Source of the DNA: Welwitschia mirabilis
Lineage: Eukaryota
NCBI GenBank assembly: GCA_051453625.1
Contig: JBOZIK010000001.1
Span: 28,170,472-28,213,015, forward strand
Reading direction: 5' to 3'
DNA length: 42,544 bases
Both the position numbers and the translations under genes were made by a program. Positions 35,936 through 42,544 of this stretch are shown one piece after another. The notes beneath the pieces are model-generated. The model was not told the DNA's origin. It saw only the letters and a program-made list of their open reading frames with translations, and ran no database searches. Positions within the stretch are counted from its first letter, which is position 1. Each line of letters begins with the position of its first letter.

Positions 35936-38900
35936 TTAGACAATAATAAAGAGGAAGTCCTCCTCATGGAGGGGAACCTCCAAAACAAGTGCTTCTACCA
36001 TATTCGTGGTTTTATCTAGAGATCCCTCATATAATTTTAATTTTTCCCCATTAACCTTCTGAATCTCTTTAGTTTCTAAATCTAAAATTTCAACTAAGCT
36101 ATTAAAATGCACTTTCTGTACAAGATAAGGACATGATCATTTTGAGGTTAACTTGTTATTCAAAAGGTAAACTCTAGTGTTATACACTAAAATCAGTTGA
36201 TTTGATTCAAACTTTTTATAAAAAATACATTTATCATGTTTGAACGTTGCTTAGGCTTTATAAATTAATTAACGATGTATGGCACTAGTTAATTTTTTAT
36301 CAAGATGATTTAATTGTGCTAACCTATACTTAAGATTTTCAACAAAGTCCACAAGACTAAGTTGATGAGTTGTACGATAAGAATTATAACACACATCAAT
36401 CGGTAAAACACAAGCTTTACCATAAACAAGTTTGTAAGATGAGAAACCAAGAGAAGTACACCAAGTAGTATAGTAGGCTCAAAGTACATTGTTAAGCTTA
36501 GAAGCCCAAGTCTTTTTATTAATAGAAACAGGTTTTTAAAGCATTTTCTTTATTTCTCTATTAGCATTTTTACCTTGTTCATTCATCTAAAGATGATATT
36601 CTAATGGATAGAAGAAGTTTCTTAACAAGTGAATTAATAAAATGAGTGCTCTAATCACTAATAATGATTCTAGAAAAACCAAACCTCTGAAAGATATGAG
36701 ATTTAAGAAAATGATAGACAGTTTAGGCATCATTCAAAGAAGTAGGTATGGCTTCAACCCATTTAGTCACTTAATCAACAACCACTAAAATGTAATTTTT
36801 ATTACTAAAAAATGGGTGATTAGAGCCCATGAAATCAATACACCAATAATCAAAAGGATCACACTCAAAAATAGATCTAAGGAGCATTTTCTATAAATGA
36901 ACAAGGCTATCAAAATATTAACAAGGATCATACCTTCTAACAAAATCATATGAATCTTGAAAAAGAGAAGGCCAGTAAAAATTAGAATGAAGGATTTTCA
37001 TGGTAGTTTATTATTCACTAAAATGTCCTCCACAAATACCACCATGACAAAGATGAATAATCTCAAGTATTTCATAATTGGGCACATATTTTATCATAAT
37101 CTGATCTTTGCACCTACTATAAAAATATGGCTTGATCCACTCATAGTCACCTATATAATGAAGAAAATATTTACGCTTATGATAGGTCTAATGTTGTGAT
37201 GTTTTTATAGTTACAAGATAGTTAAAAATGTTGACATACCATGGAGGGGAATAGGAAGAAGAGACAGTGAAAATATGCTTATCAGGAAGGGAATCATCAA
37301 TGAGAATACCATCTGAAGGAGAAGGAAGTTGAGATAAATGATTAGCAATAGAATTGTGCTTCCCTATTTTGTCTATGATGGTTAAATTGAACTCTTACAT
37401 AAGGAGGATCCATCTGATCAAATGGGCACTAGAGTCCTTCTTGGTTATGAGGTAACAAATGGTGTCATGGTCGGCATAAACATTTATGTAAAAGCCTAAA
37501 AGATACTGTCTAACAAAATCAAGGTAGAAGATAATGGTAAGTATTTTTTTTTTTTTCTGTAGTAGTGTAGTTCATCTGAGCTCTATACAATGACTTGCTA
37601 TGGTAAGATATAACTTTGAAGTCCTTGTTATACTTTTGGCAAAGAATCCCACCCATGATAAAATTTCTAGCATCACACATAAGTTCAAAGTTAAGTTTCT
37701 AATTGGGTCCTGTTACTATAGGAGCATGAGACAATCTATGTTTAAGCCTATTGAAAGCAATTTGATAAGATTCATTCCATTTGAATTTTGCATCTTTCTC
37801 AAGAAATGAGTGAAGGGGTTTACAAATAAAAGCATAATCATGAATGAATCGATGGTAGACCTATTTAATATTTATAGGGGGATTAAGATTTTGAATAATA
37901 CTAACTTTAGAAGAATCCATCTTAATCCCCTCTTGAGAAATATGGTGACCTAAAACAATGCCACTCTCTACAAGAAAATGACTCTTTTCCTAACTTAAGT
38001 GGAAGCCACTGGAAATGCATTGATCTAAGACTTTCTCTAAATAATCTAAGATTTGCTCAAAATTTTTGGCATAGATAGAGACGTCATCCATAAAAATCTC
38101 CATGGAATCCTCAAGAATATTAGAAAAAATACCCATCATATCACAAAAAAAGGTATTGGGAGCATTGTAAAGTTTGAAAGGCATGCATCTATAGGTAAGG
38201 GTACTAAAATAAGAAGTGAAGATAGTTTTAGCTTGGGCCTTAATGGCAATGCAAAATTGATTGTAACCACTATAACTATCAAGAAAATAGGAAAAATCAT
38301 GTCCCTTAATCCTATCAAGAATTTAATCAAGAAAAGGTAAAGGATAGTGATCTTTTTCAGTTACCTCATTTATTTTTCAGAGGTATATGCACATATGCCA
38401 TTTTCCACCCTTTTTAGGTACTACTGTCAAGGGGCTAGCCCACTTACTATCAGCAATGGAGTAAATGATTCCAGCATTTATAAGTTTTATGATTTCATCT
38501 TTTACAATTTGCTTTAGGGCTGGTTTTAGTCTTCATTGGAATTACCTCATAGGTTTTGCATTTTTTTAAGGTAGATTTTGTGTTACACAATGAAAGTAGG
38601 AATGGCTAATAGATTGTTATAGAACCAAGCAAATTCATGAAACTTTGATTCTAAGAGAGAAATGAGTTCTGTTTCTTATTGAGGTAAGACATTTTTGTTG
38701 ATAATCAAAGGTTTATTCAAATCTCTATTCAAAAAAATTTATGTTAGTCCAATGTTTAAAGGTTTAGGTTCATATTAAGGTTCAGACTTCTCGATACTAG
38801 AAAATTTTTAGAAAAGTTAATTGTCATCTTAGACTATTATCTCATACTATTGTCTAGATATTAATAGTGGATGACTGACCTCAAAATAAGAATTTTTAGG

Positions 38901-41700
38901 GTTTTCAAGTTCTCAGACTTCAGAACAATTTATAGACTTAGACTTACTCCTTTTCAAATAAGAAAACTTAGTTAAAATATGGTCAAACTCAAGTTTTTCG
39001 TTAAGCACATAAAGCTAGTCTACTTCTGTTTGATCATTAAATAAGGTTGGCTCATGAAGCATGGACAGCCTCTCCTCAAGTTAATGGTGCTATAAAAATA
39101 GGGTTGGATTTATTTCTTCCTCCAAATCTAAATCGTTGCCTAAATATTTTTCAGCCATATCAAACACTCTTATTGAAAAGTGTTTGTTTCCAAAATGGCA
39201 CTTCATTAATCCTGTTCTTATGTTTAGTATGCAATGGACTGTTTTATAAAAAGCTCTACCTAGAAGTAGGGGATATGCACCATGATGCTTAACTTCTAAA
39301 AAAACTACATCAATTGGATAGAAAGCTTCCTCTATTTGAATGTCCAAGTCCTTGATCACACCTAAAGGTTTCTTTATGGATGTATCGGCTAACTCCAAGA
39401 TAATGAGTGTAGGCTCTACTCTTTCTTCTAACTCAAGACATTGACAAATGTACAAGGGCATAATATTGACACTAGCTCCTATGTCTATCAAAGCTTTCTT
39501 AATTTTGTGGTTTCCCTCTAAAGTAACACTAATGGTTACCGCCCCTAGATCTTTAAACTTTGGACACCTTTTATAAACCAAGTTACTAATGGATTTAGCT
39601 AAGAAAACTTTACTAGAAATGGTTCGTTTTTGTTTCTTTCTTATTGGGTCTTTCCATAGCTTAGAGTATTTTGGATTCTCTTATAAAAGTTTCCAAAAAC
39701 ATAAGTTGATACTCATGTTTTACATTAAGGCTTTCAAATAATCATCAAAGATGGGGTTTATATTAAGCCTATCAAGCTATGAGGTAGTGGGTTTCTATTT
39801 TGAAGGATCTTTCTTTTTTTTACTAAGTGAGAAAGGGAAGAACTGGTTTTTTGGGATTCTATGTCCTCTTCCTCATCATTTTTGTCATTTGTAAAAGTTG
39901 AAGCCTCATGGGTAGGGAGAGTTGTGTCATTTCCACTCCTTGTCACTACCTTATAATCTTTTCTTACTTTATTAGGATTTGGTAAAGGATGAGTGGCAGG
40001 GGTCCCTTATGGTCTATGTATGGCAAACATGGTTTTTTATAAAATACTTATAAGATTTTCTATATTTGCATTTTTTCTTCCTTGAGTTTTTCTCAATCCT
40101 CAATGGAATTACTAAGAGGATCACTATGGTTTTGGGAGTTGAAAGGGCCTGCCAAATTATTTGGATGGTTGAATTAGAATTTTGGATGTCCAAATCTATT
40201 TCTAAAAGGCTGGAAGTTAGGATGACGTATTTGGAAATTTCTAGAATTTGGTTGCTCACTCATCCTATTTTAAAAGTTGTGATTTTAGACTTGTCTTTGA
40301 TTGTGGTTTTGCGTGTAATTGGAAAGTATTTGGTTAAGGGCACAAACTTTCTCATAGATTCTCTCTTTGTAAATAGGAAGTAAAGGATAATCTTTTGTGA
40401 CATGGTAACTATCTTCACACAAATCACATATTGAAACAACAACTTCACTCTTCTCGGTTACCACTTTAGCATCAAAGATAATTTGGGTGTATTTTTCTAA
40501 GGTAGAAGTGAAATCCTTAATAACATTATTTGGTTTATTTTCTATTTTGGTTTTATTCTTCTCATGTTTGACTTCTTTTAGGTTCTTAATGATTTGGCCT
40601 ATGGTTTAGGACAATTTGACTTACTTCCACTAAATCTTTCAACATCTTCTAAGCATCTCCTAAGGTTTGGTTTCATAGGTTGCCTCCACAAGAAAAATCA
40701 ATGAGTTGCTTGGTATAACTATTCAATCCACTATAAAAATAGTCAATTAATTTTAGCTCTGAAAAGGAATCTATGGGGTTTGAATGTAAAGCAACAAAAA
40801 ATTTCTCATAAGTAGAGGCATAGTCCTCGTTAGGTAATTGTTGGAAGTTGTGACTTCTTTCTTACGCTTCCAAATGGTGGTTTCATTCATGAATCTCTTT
40901 ACGAAGGCTTCTTGAACTTGACTCTAAGATTTAAGGCTCTTATATGGAATCATTCTAAGCCAAGCTTTGCTTTATCTCTGAAGGTGATGGGAAAGATAAC
41001 CATGTAGGTTTTATCACTAATTTGTTTTTTACCATTTTCAGAAGTAAGAATAAGTTGCTCAATTTTAGTGATGTGTTGCAAAGGATATTCATTAGGCTCT
41101 TCACTAAAGGTAGGATAAGCATTCAAGTTTTAATCACCTACTTCTGCCTGCCACTCCAAGTGACTGTAGCTTTCGCTGATCCAATATATGTAGCTGATAC
41201 TGATACAACCATACCAGCCCATACCCGGATAATTGGACCGCTCGTGGACTCTCTACACGGAACCAACCAACACAACTAGGAGTTTCTATCTATTCATATA
41301 ACGTCGGGGTATTGTATCAGGTCGGTGCACTACTGAAAATGAAAACTAGTTACACAACTACAACCACGTCAATAACTAGGTTGTAACTATCCATAGTACT
41401 TTAGATACTTATAATCCACCTTTATCATATAGCGTAACCCACCTTTCCCATATAGTGTAAAGGATAAACAAGGCCTGCCCACCACCGGCACTCATCATCA
41501 CTGTGAGGTAAGTTAAAAGGATTCTAGATTTCATGTTTTTTATTTGCTATAAGATCTCTCAAAGTAGCTTGAATATTGAATTGAGAAGAAGTTAAAGTAA
41601 GGGTTCTAATAACATGGGTTGAATTTGAAGAGATAAGTTGTTTAAGTTTTTATTATATGTCGATATGATAGTAAAATCAGACTCTACAGGAAAAAGTGGA
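35936..41700 (-). pseudogene. Decayed gag-pol of element D
   Basis: Protease KALIDIGASVNIMP..PLLLGRAF (ORF 39090-39581), RT MPFKLYNAPNTF..EIFMDDVSIY (37990-38184), RNase H NYTTTEK, integrase FDYWCIDFMG..YILVVVD*VTKWVEA. Confidence 0.92.
41141..41491. other. ~350-bp foreign insertion in gag of D, GC-richer and CpG-retaining
   Basis: Absent from homologous positions in A (~10290) and B (~27585); gag homology stops at 41140 and resumes at ~41492. Confidence 0.75.
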
Positions 41701-41812
41701 AATTAAAGGAATTTCAAAATCTTACATAACTTTACTATTTTAATTTGTTTCTATTTCAAAATTTATTAAACCTTCATTAATGTTTTTAGCAATTAACAGT
41801 CGTTTTCTCTAG

Positions 41813-41907
41813 TATTTCGGTGTGTATTTATGCAATAGTTCACGTTTCAATTTCAATCCTGTTAATTATCAATAAGATGCAAAATACAACACGCTAGTAT
41901 AGACGGA
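41813..41907 (-). repeat. End of another Athila-type LTR, cut by gap
   Basis: TATTTCGGTGTGTATTTATGCAAT...CAACACGCTAGTATAG resembles the start of 33085 and the reverse complement of the 6508 end. Confidence 0.7.
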
Positions 41908-42007
41908 NNNNNNNNNNNNNNNNNNNNNNNNNNNNNNNNNNNNNNNNNNNNNNNNNNNNNNNNNNNNNNNNNNNNNNNNNNNNNNNNNNNNNNNNNNNNN
42001 NNNNNNN

Positions 42008-42544
42008 TCTATCAAGGATTTTTTAATTCTATGATTTCCCTCTAAAGTAATACTAATAGTTGCTCTCCCAGGATCTTTAAAATTTAGAAACTTTTTGTAA
42101 ATCAAGTTGCTAATGGATTAAGCTAGGAAGACTTTACTAGGAATGGTTTATTTTTGTTTTCTTCTTATTAGATCTTTTCATAGCTTAGAGTATTTTGGAT
42201 TCTCTTGCAAAAGTTTCCAAAAAGACAAGTTAATTCTCATATTTTGTATTAAGGCTTTTAAATGATCATTAAAGNNNNNNNNNNNNNNNNNNNNNNCAAG
42301 CCATGGGGTAGTGGGTTTCTTTTATGAAGGATCTTTCTTTTTGTTGCTAAATGAGGAAGGGAAGGAATGGTTTTCTAGGATTTCTATGTCCTCTCCCTCA
42401 TCATTTTTATCATTTTGAAAAGTTGAGGCCTCATGGATTGTGTCATTTTCACTCCTTATCATCATCTTATAATCTTTTCTTACTTCATTAGAGCTCAGTA
42501 AACGTTGAATGGGAAGGGTCCTTATGATCTTTGATTAGCAAGCA
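42008..42544 (-). mobile_element. Fragment of a further Athila copy E (gag-protease junction)
   Basis: Similar but not identical to ~39483-40020; KFLNFKDPGRATISITLEGNHRIKKSLI. Confidence 0.85.

Larger units (their letters stand above)
33085..41700 (-). mobile_element. Athila-type element D: 3' LTR (33085-34182), PPT, pol, gag; own 5' LTR/PBS not seen
   Basis: LTR of 1098 bp similar to the solo LTR 5409-6508; PPT at 34183-34201; internal region colinear with B. Confidence 0.9.

Noticed and set aside
36957-40383. Plus-strand ORFs within element D (36957, 37600, 38053, 39047, 40066)
   Set aside because: Antisense to the decayed gag-pol, with no independent coding signal.
41022-41279. 85-aa plus-strand ORF
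   Set aside because: Chimera of antisense gag and the foreign insert; no recognisable domain.

Overview
AT-rich, repeat-saturated window from a gapped draft assembly of a land-plant (probably angiosperm) nuclear genome, with no intact gene. Most of it is a nest of decayed Ty3/gypsy LTR retrotransposons. Athila-type elements: a near full-length copy B (15656-29601, both LTRs, PBS, PPT, accessory ORF), partial copies A (7547-12384), D (33085-~41700) and E (42008-42544), a solo LTR with a perfect ATTGA target-site duplication (5409-6508), and several LTR fragments. A Tekay/Del chromovirus C (~13223-32400) is split by B. The most notable part is 1-7546. It ends in a CACTA (En/Spm) terminal inverted repeat with subterminal repeats and is inserted into Athila A. 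It carries decayed fragments of at least four unrelated host genes: RETINOBLASTOMA-RELATED, an RPK2-type LRR receptor kinase (duplicated), a BRWD/PHIP-type bromodomain-WD40 gene with an intron retained, and a poly(A)-binding protein. This looks like a Pack-CACTA element whose left end lies outside the window. Protein identifications come from manual translation and recalled family motifs, not from database searches.
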